Assembly: GCF_947568905.1 (NCBI RefSeq)
Contig: NC_079166.1
Span: 10,478,001 to 10,542,000 of the forward strand
From: Ostrea edulis
Taxonomy: Eukaryota
Length of the DNA stretch: 64,000 nt
Reading direction: 5' to 3'
The notes beneath the pieces were generated by a model. It did no database searches, was not told the origin of the DNA, and saw only the letters and a program-made list of their open reading frames with translations. Of the stretch, positions 27,499-40,722 are shown in pieces. Numbering within the stretch: position 1 is the first letter of the stretch; every line of letters starts with the position of its first letter. The translations under genes were made by a program, and so were the position numbers.

Positions 27499-30400
27499 TA
27501 TCACAACCTGCAAAACCAAATCTCCTAGCGACTTGTGACCAGCACTCTCGACCATTTCGACAAATCTTTAAAACCTTGCTTTCGATGGCAATGGAATTCC
27601 TTTCACTTTGACACACACTATACGGTCATTGAAAATGGTAATGGGATACAGTGAATTTAAGAGGACCATGTAAGATTCATACTTCATTTGAGATATTTTA
27701 TAAAGTATTGATTCAGTCTGTCTTCAGCTCTTATAAAATAAACGTCGGATATACAATTTTCTATTTTCACTATACTTTTACAAGGAAACTGTATAGAATT
27801 AGCCGGTACAGGAACTTTAAATCAGCAGAAATGTTCTACGTTTAGGGAGGGATGCCCGACAGACCCTTACTTCAGCGATCTGATATACAAAAGTAAGTCA
27901 TGTATAAAGAACTAGATTCGCCTTAACATTGTCGTATCAGTAACTAAAATGCATGCCATTGTTGATTAATTTGTGTAAAACGCAATTTTATTGGTTAAAT
28001 TGAATTGATCATTATGTTTATATCATATAAACTGATATGGTGCATATGACGTTCTTGGAATTTCCTCACAATGCGTTCCATTTTCTTGCTACGACAATAA
28101 TCAATCTCTACCCAGAGTTATCGTTCCCGCTACGTTTCACTCTGTCAACGTCTAAAAATCATATCAAAACGTACTAAAACTAACTTAGCATATCAAACTG
28201 TAATGATCATATCTAAGCAAATCAAACACTTGTCTGAATTTTATAAACGCAGAAGCTGGTAAATATGAGACACCTGAGCAAATTGAAAGGTTTTATATAA
28301 ATATTCATTCATTCATTCACCCAATAATACTAGAATAATCATGGAATTCGTTATTTTTGTGAACTTACTGTAAGATTTTAAGCTTAACACTAAAACTTGT
28401 AAAATCATACTTTATAATGCAATAGGTAGAAATAAGTTTTGCCAAGAATCTTGACATTCAGATGTTGACAGGTGTTGTAGCGCAGCGTAATACGCCCTCT
28501 GGTGAGAGATTTCCACGTCATATGACATTCAAATGTCCTTTATCATTATTCGTCAAATTACATCGCATGTGTTTTGAATACTTTCTACTGATAAGGTCCC
28601 GTTGCTATGGTAGCCAAAACACACGGAAACAGATATCGTTCAGTATTACCGTTGTATCGAAATTTTATGAACAGTTCCCTGTCTATTTTCTGTGAATTGT
28701 CAAAAAAGAGAAATTAATGAGAAAGAAATTGTGTAATTTTCAGGTTTTTTTTTAATTGATGCAGTGGTACATGGGACACTGGTAAATAAAATGCTTCCCT
28801 CATGTTTTACGGATTACACTCTACAAATATTGATTCGTATTCTACCTTCCTTTTTCTAAGTCATATTGGTGATTCAAGGTAGCGCTAAAATATCTTTTTG
28901 ATCTTGTCGACAGTTATCATGGTAACTATCGTGTACAGCAACCGACGTGTTGTTTAATTTTGTTTCTAGCTGATACCACATTGCACATGTATCATGGAAG
29001 TTCTAAGAATGTCTGTGCGCATGTCTGTCCATAAAAGGTTACGGGGCGGGGTTACTGAGAATGGGAGCTAATGAAAATGTACATGTATATCTTACTACAG
29101 ATCCTGCTTGTTTGCAAATCAACACCATCAACGGCTGTTATGTTGCTGACCCAAAGTGTCCAAACAAAACGTAATTAGAAATCTGACTTGTTGTTACCCT
29201 CCGTAATGTCTCATAAAATGACTATGTTTATTTTATTTGGAATCAAGGGATAGAGATAGTACGCTCACACCGGCTAACACAACTGCATATCCCATACCCA
29301 GCACAGATGGAAGTGGTAGCGTCTGGATAGCTGGTGCTTTCGTCGGAACTGTCGTGGTCATCTTAATCCTTTCAGTACTAATACTGCTATTTCTTCGAAG
29401 AAGACACGGGCACCGAAGACGCGGTGGTGGAAGTATGTTAATTTCATCATACATTTTATCAATGTAAATGGTGTCGATAATGCGCGTCTGACATTATTGA
29501 AATACGTTCTGTTACAATATAATATTGCACTTCTGTAGAGTCTACACGTTCAACAAACCTGCTGTTGGGATCAGAGGAAGGTAGGTATCAGTAACGTATA
29601 ACACTGCGTGCGAATTGTAGAATAGCTTGTTTTTACATGTAGGAAGGTAATCTGACAAAAAGGGTCCATAATGAAAATCTCTTTAAATGAAAGCTGTGAA
29701 CTTATTCTTTTATCATAGTATTTCATATGCATGCTATCATTAATTGGATCAGTTTGCAATAATCCATGCCTCCTCTTGTGCCATTTCACATTTTGTACTT
29801 TTAGAATTGATTAATCAATTGAAATTTTGGTGATAAATTGAAAAGAGCAAGACTCCACAACCCTTCAATAGCACACTTGAGTTTTAAAATCAACGAATGG
29901 TGGACTTTAGGCTTGGGAATATTTTATATAATTTTCTATCAAAAAAACTTACGCATGAATAGTTTGTTTTCATATTTGAAGAAGACGGGGTTGACGAAAA
30001 TATTGAAATTCCAGAAACATCAATAGGACGAAAATCTAGCTCTTCTATGACACCGAAAGGTAATGCTGGTTTGTAAAAATATATATATAGGTTGGAAACA
30101 TCGTTTGTCTTACTTTCCTATCATGAATCTTGCACATGATTGTATCACAATTCTCCAATTCTTAAATTGGAATTTTCACGTATCCGTTCATCTCACAGTT
30201 TAAATAAAAACAATAAAATTTGTGAACTGAACGACTTTAAAGAAGACACAAACCTTTATATTTCAGTATGTGATCTTGGTGTACGTCCTGTTACGATAGA
30301 GTCCCCATTCTACAAAGAAACAAGAGCATTTATGGCTGTAAAAGACGCCATAGCAAAGAATAATTGTGTTCTTATAATTGGTGAACCCGGATGTGGAAAA

Positions 30401-33400
30401 ACGGCAATGATGAATGAAGTAGCTAACAGTCTGATTGCAGATGATTATGACATACAGGAAGTTTTCACTTTCCAAGATATCAAATCGTATCCAGACAAGA
30501 GGAACCTTTACATTTTTGATAATGCCTTTGGAATATTTGGATGTGATATTTCATTCATAGACATCTTAGATAATTTTCGAGATATCAAGACACTGCTGAG
30601 AAGTAAATACAATAAACTTATCATAACATGTAGGCTTACCGTGTATAGAAAAATGCAACAATTCAATTTTCCGTCCGTGATGAAAGTTGTGAATCTTTCT
30701 GATCCTTCAATTTCCCTGTGTTGTCAAGAGAGGAATAATCTGCTTCAGCAGTTTTGCAGTTATCACCAGCTGTTGCTGCCAGATGTTAAACTATTAGCGG
30801 GTTGCATAAACCAGTCTTTTCCACTATTGTGCACACTTCTATTTGAGGTTGATGAATTAAGAGCACATGCGGCTGATATTTTTGAAAATCCCATTGCATC
30901 ACTTCTTGAATTCTTTGATTCTTTAAGGCAAGACAGACCACTTACCTATATTTGTCTTGTATATTGTGCACTACAATGCCCCGTGCATTACCCTTTAAAT
31001 AATCCCAAAAATTGTTCTGAGAAAGAAAACTCCGTGATTAGGTCATGCGAAAAATACTACAAGGGTGTCTCCATGGAAATGGTTCAACAGGAATTTGATC
31101 AAATAGTAAAAACAACAGCATGGCTACAAAAAAAGAGAAACACCAGTACTTACATTTTTAAGCACACCTATGTGTATGAAATACTTGCATATCATTTTGG
31201 GAAGAGTCACCCAGATGATTTCTTGGCATCCATGGCTTGTAATTACATCGCAGAAAAATGTTTGGTGAGAAGTGAGACAGAAAAAAATGTTTATGGGGAA
31301 CAGCTGTGTTTACTTACGGACAACGAAAGATTGAAAGACAGACTTTTTGCTGATATAGATGATGGTGAATATGTTGATGTATTCACAAACGAATGTTGGA
31401 AAAATGATGGATTTCGTGAAACCTTTGTGAGATCTGTGCGAGAAATGACATCAGAGGATCGTGTAAAAACGTTTTTCAATTCCACTTTGGTAAAACGGAG
31501 ACCTTATTTGATTAAAAAATCTAATAAAAACCCAAAGAACTATATTTCTTTGAAGAGCAATGATGCCGGATGGTTTCGTGAGAAACTTCTAGAAGATCGG
31601 ACGGAGACAGTGGAGGGTGATTACATTTACCATGAGGGAAAGGTCAAAGCCATAAGTTGGGTGATAGGATATGGACTGCATGACGTTCTTACGGAGCTAG
31701 TCAATAAAGAAGAAGACAATAAACATTGGATAAGTCATGCAGATTTAACAAGAAATGCTGAGCAGCTCAGACTGCTGATGTTGGCAATCCTCAGTGAAAA
31801 TCAGGAAACTTTGATGATTGTTTTGGGAAATGTGAATTCTTGTAACATCAATACTTCATGCTTCTCCTTGGCCAAAATTGACGGGGATCAATGTGAGAAG
31901 ATATACTTAAATAAGTATAAGAGATTTACTCCATTAACAATTTCTTGCTATAAAGGATTTTCCAGTGCAATTAAAACACTTGTGGAAAAGGGAGCCGATG
32001 TCAATTTAAGAGATCAGAATGGAAGCTGTCCCTTAGTATTAGCTTGCCGATTTGGTGCATATTCTGATGTCGAATACCTGGTGAATCGCCAGGCTTCTGT
32101 TTTGTGTAGGTCGGAAAATGGCGATTCACCTCTTATTGCCGCTATCATCGGCAATGATTTGGAAATTGTTCAGTTTCTTCTCAGCAAGAAAGCAGATGTC
32201 AGTGAGAGCAACAAGAAGATGAGAACTCCGCTCTATTACGCGGCTAGAGGGGGGTCTCTGGACATAGTCAAACTCTTAGTAGAAGCAAATGCAGCGGTAA
32301 ACGAAACTGACGAGTTTCAAAAGTTTCCGTTATACTGGGTCGCTCAACTTGGCTATTTTGAAATAGCATGTTATCTTATAGACCATGGCGCTGAGATTGA
32401 TCAGTGTGACACGAAGGGGAAAACTCCACTTTATTGTGCAGCAAAGCGAGGATACCTCAAAATTGTTAAAGTTCTTGTCAAAAATGGAGCTTCCATAAAT
32501 TGGACAACTACAAAGAACAGAACGGCGCTTTACAGAACTGCGAAGAGAGGACATTTTGAACTGTGTAAGTTTCTGTTGGACAAAAAAGCGAATGTCCATA
32601 AAACGGACTGTCAAGGCTACACTGCTTTATATTGGGCTTCTAAAAAGGGTCATTTTAGTATTGTAAAGTTGTTACTGAATCATAATGCTTCTCCGAATAA
32701 TCAGTCTGATGGAGGAAAAACAGCATTGTACTGGGCAGCACAGAGAGGCCATTTAGATATTGCAAAATCTCTCGTCGAGAAGGGAGCTGATGTTAATATA
32801 GAAGATGCGAGCAGTAAGTCTCCTTTGTACTGTGCTTCGAAGCGTGGACATAAGGAATTGGTAGAATTTCTTCTTGAACATGGTGCAGATGTCAACACGA
32901 GAAACATCAAGAACAAATCAGCACTGTTTCGCGCGTCTAAGAGAAATCATTTGCATGTTGTTGAAGTTCTCATAGAAAAAGGAGCGGATGTGAACCTTTC
33001 CAACAATGATGGTGAGTCTCCACTTTATTGGGCAGCCAAAAGAAATCATTTGGAAGTTGTCGGTAAACTTTTGAGTGCCAACGCTAACGTAAACAGTTGC
33101 TCAAATCTACAGCAGACACCTTTGTATTGGGCCTCTCAGCGAAGCAACTTGGCCGTTGCTAAAGCTCTCGTTAAAAGCGGCGCAGACGTAAATAAGGCAG
33201 GGAAAAACAATAAATCACCACTTTATTGTGCAGCAAAACGGGGTTGTTTACCTATTGTAGAACTTCTCGTGGAGCAAGGAGCTGATGTTAATACCAGAAA
33301 CGTAAAACAACAGTCAGCACTGCTTCGGGCCTCGAAAAGAAACCATAAAAACGTTGTGACATACCTTGTGAATAAAAACGCTGACGTCAATCTTGGAGAT

Positions 33401-33700
33401 AACCATAAAGAAACGCCACTGAAATGGGCGGCAGAAAATGGACATTATGACGTAGTCGTGATTTTGTGTGAAAAAGGAAGTGACGTCAATGCATTTAATT
33501 CTGAACATAAAACACCGCTCTACTGCGCTGCAAAACATGGCCGCGAAAATATCGTTCAATATTTATTAGGAAAGGGGGCTAATAGTGATCTTCATGACAG
33601 ACATGGTCACTCGCCATTATCCATGGCAAGGGATGCTGGATACGATAATATTGTTCAAATCATTAACTCTGCAAAATATGCATCAACACCGACCTATTAG
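25615..33700 (+). CDS. Single-pass membrane protein: Cys-rich ectodomain, TM helix, STAND (nSTAND3-like) P-loop NTPase, about 18 ankyrin repeats; first (signal-peptide) exon not located
   Basis: Exons 25615-25830, 27785-27892, 29101-29170, 29248-29432, 29539-29580, 29982-30059, 30267-33700; all GT-AG and phase-compatible, about 1377 aa. TM: VWIAGAFVGTVVVILILSVLILLFL-RRRH. Walker A GEPGCGKT (30380-30403), Walker B LYIFDNAFG (from 30506), sensor-like LIITCR. 33-aa ankyrin repeats at 31925-33670. Confidence 0.88.
26205..26345. repeat. Imperfect minisatellite, unit about 36 bp
   Basis: Repeated CATTTTCACCAACTATTTACACTTATTTTCATCAAA. Confidence 0.8.
26990..27330 (+). mobile_element. tRNA-derived SINE, probably MetaSINE-like, in a receptor intron
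   Basis: Head GTAGCTCAGCG...GAGTTCGAGCCCC. Core CTTTCCGATATGACCTTAAAAA...GTGTTGCGGCAGGTGTTAGCACGTTAAAGAACCCTCC. A-rich tail. Confidence 0.65.
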
Positions 33701-33924
33701 ATTTTTTTACGTTACCGAACTAGATCAATCGTAAGAAATAATGGATTTAAATTCCGCTATAAGTGTTCTTCGTTTTGAGTATTAATAATCTTTATCTTTC
33801 AATATGTATTTGAGTAATAGGTGTCTTTTCTGCTTAAGTACGGCTTGAATTGGTAAATGGTCATGGCATTTGAAAAACAACATTATTAAAAGCAACTTAA
33901 TACATTTTGTCAACACTGTACACA

Positions 33925-33965
33925 TATAGGAGTTATGATATTGGTCACTGTTCGTTATCTTCACA
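33925..33965 (+). mobile_element. Very short Penelope-like 3' end inserted into one unit of a local tandem duplication of about 240 bp
   Basis: TAGGAGTTATGATATTGGTCACTGTTCGTTATCTTCAC. The sister unit at about 34140-34210 lacks it. Confidence 0.55.
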
Positions 33966-35808
33966 ATTTCATAGTAATAAAAATGTTTTCGTCAATTATT
34001 CAATGTTTTCTGGAATCGGGATTTTAACATCTTTCATTTATTAATACCCTTCTCTTCATTACTCGTTTGTTTGATTTTATCTTAAGATTATTTTTCAGTA
34101 AGTGCATGTAACATGAAACTTGTTTGACAATATTACACACATTTTGTCAACAATGTATGCATAGTAACAAAACTGTTTGAGTCAAATATTCAATGTTTTC
34201 TTGAATTGAGATTTTCAGCATCTCCTTTATTCCTTGATACAATGTACCCCTTTCTTTATTACTTGTTTGTTTTTGTAATGTTTGATTGTTTTGTTTTTAT
34301 TTAAATATGTACATGTAACTTGAAATTATCTTTGTGATATTGCTATACAACAGTTATTTAAAAACCTTCATAAATTCAAACAAACCTTATGACCTTTACC
34401 CTTACCAAATACTTTACTTCCCTCTTTCGTAAATAAAGACACCATAACAAGTTGCACACTTTATTTGTCTTATTGTATACAGATAAATGTATGTGCTTAC
34501 CCCCAACCCCCTTCTGGCGATTTTTGGTTTTGACAATTAAGCAATGTGCATAATTGTTGTAGATTCAATATTACAACTACTTTACAGTGGAAATGCCATA
34601 TGTACATTGACACCAAAAATAGGTATAGACCAAAAACACGCCCTACAGAATTGAAAAATTCATAAAATTAGAAATTTAAGCAAATTCAAGCATTCCGGTT
34701 GACGGCAATGATTCAATTTACATAAAAGTCCAATTCCCCTTAAAATGCAGTAACTGCGTGTGTGACTTAAGGTCATGTGTAAGAATTATTCAGAAAAATG
34801 AAGCTTTATATCCTATTGTTTTGGGTGTAGTTCATTTATTAATATTACAAACCTAAAGACACTTTTCAAGTACCACAACATAATTATATACGCCTCCTCT
34901 ACTTTCACTTCGCATGTTTACTTAAGATGTCAAGGGTCATATACTATACTATATATATATATATACTATATATTTTTATTTCCAATCAAGGGCCCTCAAG
35001 GGACAGCATGAAAATACATACAAATAATGTACATATACATATACAAGTAAAGAAAGAAGTGATTACATAACACATAGTTATATACAAATAGTGTCATATA
35101 TTGTTCAAAATAAATTTTCCAGTTATATTTAGAATGGATGGCTCTTCAGAACATAGTATGTAAATGAATTTTTGTTCATCATTGAGTTTGGTAAAAAAAA
35201 ATTACTGTTTTTTCTATAGCACCACAAAAAGATTTTCATTCATCATATGACGTCATTTGACCAGATTATACAAGACGCAAATAGATGATCATAAATCGAC
35301 ACGGCGCACAGCCAGTTGTACATAAACCAATAAAAACATGACATGATAGAAATGTATAAGTTTCACAGAATCCAGTATTCACTGTCCAAATTGCATCATC
35401 CGCTTGCAAATAAGTTAAAAAATGGCCCGCAAGATGAAAACCTACTCCTACACTTTGTTTATTTGTGTTTTTTCTCGAGTTCAGTGTATTGTTCAAGAGC
35501 ATTTCAAGATTTGGACAGTGATTTCTAGATAAAGCCTTGTTCAAAGCTTTCAAATAATCTCATGGCATCACAATACATTTATTTTCCTCTTACCGCCGTC
35601 CAGTTTTATCTTCGATATGCATGTAAACACGCTATATCTAATTAATATTCAAACGCAGCACTGATGTAGAATATTGATCCAAAATTAGATACTGGAAAGG
35701 GAAGTAACACGGCGGGAAAATTACAATTTATTATGTAAATGTATTCATGATACATGTACGCAGGCCAACCAATGTATTTTAACCAAGAAACATTTACTTT
35801 AGTTTTAA

Positions 35809-36800
35809 AGAGACACTACAGCTCATTTTGCGCAAAAATCATGAAATGACAATTTTCCCAGCGCTTTCTCAATTTTTGTTGCATTGTTGAAAGTATGAAC
35901 TTTGCGAAATTAACACTTATCTAAAGTTAAATATTATCGTTTTAACGTAAAAATTAATACTTTTTGATGGCCTATACACAAAATATCGAGTCTCCTCCTT
36001 TCAATCTTCAGACGCATGCGCATAGACAGTAAACAGTGCAGCATGTCGTCCAGAGAGAGAAAGTGTAGTTGATAGATTTAGAATTTTGACAGATTCTGTG
36101 AGAAAAGAGGTAAAATTAGAATGAGATAAAACTCATACGTGAAATAAAATTTACCTTGGTATCAGTTTGACCGTTGGAAAACAAAGAGCTCGGAGAAACA
36201 CATGTAACTCGGTGGCGGATCTAGGATTTCCGAAGAGGGGTGTGAAAGTCAAAGATTAGCCAATGTAATCGGCCATTCTGGTGCAAAATTTGGATTTCCA
36301 TTCACAATCTGTGGGGTAAAAAGGGAGGGGGATCCTGGCCCCCTAAATCTGCCATTGAGACTAGCTGCGAAGACACCACGTTTAAAAGTAAGTGCTATTT
36401 TTATCTGAACACGACACGTGTTAGTTGTAAAAACATCGGTCAGTGGGAACATGGAAGGTTTCTATTGAAATAATGATTTATAATTACTTATTATAAGGAG
36501 CAGGGAATAATCTTATACTTGAAAGGTGAGTGTGGACCCCCTTGAAGGGGAATTTAAATAATTTCCTTCAGAACACCTTTACTGTCATTCAAAACCACGT
36601 GATGTAAATAAGCATTCAAAAGTCCGAGTCAGCATGAAGAAACCTTTGAATTCCGAACGATCTTCAAAGCGCAGTTGAGAGTAAATTGATGCATCCCAAT
36701 TGTTAAAAATTGTCAGTATCGATATGAAATTTATCATTTTATCAATACATGGTTTTAAAAACACTTTATTAAAATGTGGAAAATGAGCTGTAGTGTCTCT
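35809..36800. mobile_element. Non-autonomous Kolobok-like DNA transposon
   Basis: Perfect 21-bp TIR AGAGACACTACAGCTCATTTT. TTAA on both sides (35805-35808, 36801-36804). Confidence 0.85.
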
Positions 36801-36851
36801 TTAATCTAACTCTCTCTATATATATTGTTTATTCGCCAATCAAGGTTCCTT

Positions 36852-36884
<33 letters not shown>

Positions 36885-39199
36885 TGTACAGCCATGAAAA
36901 AAAAACCCAACAACAATCATTCAGAATTACTAATACTATCAGAGTTCACACTTCTGCACTACACATATCTATAATTATATATGAAATACTAATTGCAGAC
37001 AAGATTTAAATTAACAACATGATATATACAATAAAATAACCTATGCAACTGCTTCACACGTCGGTTCCTGAGACAGCGGATAAGTGTTGTGTGAATACAT
37101 ATAAAATTGTAATCAATTAAATCAATATAATTATAGTTTAGTAAGTACAGTATACAAGTATAAAACACATGTGCATGCAGGATCCAGTTGTGCTGAATGT
37201 TTTATGGTAATGCAGAGAGGTTAGAATAGAATGATTATATATTAAATGAAAACAATTGTATGAAGTGTTCAGATCTATGAATGTTGACTTGATTACAGGG
37301 GCACCAAGGGACAGTGCCTCTTAACAGTCTGGTAATAAATTTATTGTACCGGACTGTTGGTCTTGTACTCCCAGTAACCAAGACAGTTATATTAAACAAC
37401 TAATTTCAGAAACATTTTAAACTCTAGTTTGTATTCAAACATTGTACGTTTGTAACGCCATAACAATAACGGAGCGGATCAAAGATCTGTTTACAATTAG
37501 ATTGTTTAGATTCCAAACTTAAACCTCATGAATGCATGACAGTCTGATTACCCCCCCCCCCTTTTTTCCCCTATCGTCGTCAGGGACCATTAGAAGGGGG
37601 CTGGTTTTAATCAGACTACAAACATAAATATACATGCACTATCTACCTTCGATCTAGGCCTAAAACGAAATAATTCCTTCAATGTGAATGTGTTAAACAA
37701 ACAAGTGTGTAATATATGTACATGTATTACATATATTAAAAAAATATTTCTTCGCTTTGGTATGAATACAATAACACACCAGTATCTATATATATTTTTG
37801 AAAATTTAATCTGATGCAAAGAAGTATGCATTTAATTTCACAGAGATTGGTGCGGTGTTGAATTCTCTGCATTACCTCGAACACATCATACGTGATAGCC
37901 ATTAGTACAGCAAGTTCTTATATTTCTGAGCTTAATAACAGATCGAACTCAGTGCGTAATTTGTAACTGACGATTCGCGGTGCAAATCATGCGCCGATCC
38001 AGGAATATTGTCTCGGGTGTCAATCCTTGCATTTTGGGGGGTGGGGTGGGGTGGGGGGTCTAAACAAGGTTACAAACATGCAGTATCTACTAAACAGATG
38101 TAGAATATATACAAAAATATGATACACTACATGTATATTTTCATGAAACACTGTTGAAGGGTGGTTGTCTATATCTGGACCCATGCTGCTCTTGCAATGA
38201 AACACATTTTAGGGAAGGGGATAACTTAATTTGAGAGTTTTAAAAACGATTAAAATGTCATGGAGTAATTACTTTTCAAGTTGAGTGGGTTGGGTAGGAG
38301 TCTGGACCAATGCAGCATCTGCTCTTGCAATGAAACATACATAATGAGGGGGGGGGGGGGTATATATATCTTGTTCTACAATGAATATTTGTATTATATC
38401 ATTATGTATATTTAAAAAAAAAAATCCGTGGGAATACTTAACGACTCGAGTTTGATTTGTTTTAGAAATAGTTTAAGGTGACATCGTGAAAATCAAAATA
38501 GCTTTCAACAAAATATGTATCTAGAATACAGCCATCGTACAAGCTACCGGGAGACTAGAAGTGACACATACTCCTCCACTACTTGGGGAGGGGGTATATT
38601 TTTCCATTTTTAAAAAATATTCTTAATTCATCATTGAAAATAAAGATGGCTGCAGTATGTAAAATATCTAGTTCACCAAATGAGTGTCAATTTTTTTTTT
38701 TACTTCATATGACACCTCCCACCCCACCCCTTCACTCTCAAATACTTTTTATCACTTGACCATTAAAATGTAGAAAGATTAAAATTTGAAGTACTCAGTC
38801 AATGCAAAGTAATTCAAAGTGAATTTTAATTAAGTTTCAATTAAACTATTTCTCATTTTGTTTTGTGTTTAATTGAAAACATTTATAGAACAGAAGATTA
38901 GATGCTTTTACAGCAGTCATTTTCTTCATATTAAAACTTGACAGTTTACTAAAGCCATTCATTTTTTTTTTTTTTTTTTTGGTTGGATACAATATTCCCA
39001 TAATTTTTCAAACAATGAAAAAGCGTGTAACATGTACATCAAATGATAAAGTATTTACTGGAGTAAACTTTCCATATTAAAATCCATACAACTATTAAGT
39101 TTGAACAATGTTAAAGAACCTTGTAACTTAGGAACATTTTATTTGTAAAACCCTTTAGCTAAGAACAGTATATATAATATGTGGCATTTTTAAAATCCT

Positions 39200-39365
39200 T
39201 AGTGTTCCATCATGCTCCCGTTTACTATCATTATACTATTGTATTTACCATCATTCTCCCGTTTACTATCATTATACTATTGTATTTACCATCATTCCCC
39301 CGTTTACTATCATTATACTATTGTATTTACCATCATTCTCCCGTTTACTATCATTATACTATTTT
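39200..39365. repeat. 41-bp minisatellite, 4 copies
   Basis: Unit CATCATTCTCCCGTTTACTATCATTATACTATTGTATTTAC. Confidence 0.9.
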
Positions 39366-39482
39366 TGTATTTACATCTGCTAGATATCTTTGTAACAAAT
39401 AGTCGTTTATTTTCAGCTTTGTTGTAATTATTGCACATGTTATTTATTTTGATAATGCTATATAAGATGTATACATGTTTGT

Positions 39483-39640
39483 AAGGTGAAGATAACGAAC
39501 AGTGATCAATCTCATAACTCCTACAAGCAATACAAAATAGATAGTTGGGCAAACACGGACCCCTGGACACACCAGGGGTGGGAGCAGGTGCCTAGGAGGA
39601 ACAAACATCCCCTGTCGACTGGCCACACCTGCCGTGAGTC
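39483..39640 (-). mobile_element. Penelope-like 3' fragment
   Basis: AAGGTGAAGATAACGAACAGTGATCAATCTCATAACTCC...CCCCTGTCGACTGGCCACACCTGCCGTGAGTCCC. Confidence 0.65.
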
Positions 39641-40017
39641 CCACATGTACACGTATGTCTTTTGCAATAAAGAATTAATTATTGTTTTAATAGGATTCGT
39701 ATTGTAAGATCTCATTGGGGCGGAATTACCATTCAAGTAGCGGGTCTTTGTTTTGCTGATCTTCTGTAATCAAATATTTGTAATCCGATGTAAAAGTCAA
39801 TTCTTTTTTAATTTGTGAATTATTTCTTCATCTGCTAAACCTGCCCACCCCTCTGTCTGTGTTAATGTCTGTAAAGCTAGCAACTAACAAGTGGAATCAA
39901 CGCAAGACTTATCGTGAAGCTTATGGTTTACATACTGTAGGATATAGGTACATGTAGTATAACATGTAGTATACAATGAAAACTAAAATAACCCTATTCA
40001 TCCAAACAAAAGTTTCC

Positions 40018-40577
40018 TTTTTGATTATACCCCTCAACAAGTTGTGTGTGTGTGTGTGTGGGGGGGGGGGGGGGGTATACTGGAATCGGGTTGTCCGTCT
40101 GTCCGTCTGTAGACGCAATGGTTTCCGGGCTCTAAAGCATTATCCTTTCCACCTACCGTCACCATATCATATATATGGACTACTCATGGGATGAAGATGT
40201 TCCCTATCGATTTTGGGGTCAAAAGGTCAAAGGTCAAGCGCACTGGACATCGAAGTAGCAATATGGTTTCCGGGCTCTAAAGCGTTATCCTTTCCACCTA
40301 CAGTCACCATATCATACATATGGACTACCCATGGGATGAAGATGTTCCCTATCGATTTTGGGTTCAAAAGGTCAAAGGTCACGCGCACTGGACATCAAAG
40401 TAGCAATATGGTTTCCATTTAAATTCTTTAACGGCTTTTTTCATCGCATGGAGATGCTGTTTTCCTATATACCTTTTGGATCATAATACTGAAGTTTTAC
40501 CTATTACCAACACCCTGTGGGAGATTGAGGTAAGCGGGGGTATTCTTAGTGAGCATTGCTCACAGTACCTCTTGTTT
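40018..40577 (+). mobile_element. Helentron-associated non-autonomous element (HINE/DINE-1/Pearl-like) with 145-bp internal tandem repeats
   Basis: 5' TTGATTATACCCC...GGGGGTATA, (GTCC)n, two-plus 145-bp units (40121, 40266), 3' palindrome GTGAGCATTGCTCAC. Absent from the paralogous site at about 46550. Confidence 0.75.
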
Positions 40578-40602
40578 AATCACATTTTTTGTATTATTTC
40601 AG

Positions 40603-40722
40603 ATCAAAACAGCTGCTGATCGCTATATCCATGCTCGTATATTCCAGGACGTTTTTGGAACTACATCTCTATCTGATGTGCAGACCGGGAAATCTCTTTC
40701 TGACGAAATTTCGTCTTTCTAG
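40603..40722 (+). pseudogene. Orphan paralogous cystatin exon 3 (open, with intact acceptor and stop)
   Basis: TTTCAG|IKTAADRYIHARIFQDVFGTTSLSDVQTGKSLSDEISSF*; 16/120 nt differ from 46834-46953. No matching exons 1-2 seen upstream. Confidence 0.7.

Noticed and set aside
30140-30266. N-terminal 42 aa of the 1186-aa ORF as the true protein start
   Set aside because: Starts at a non-ATG codon, and a good acceptor at 30266 joins in phase to upstream exons; probably intronic.
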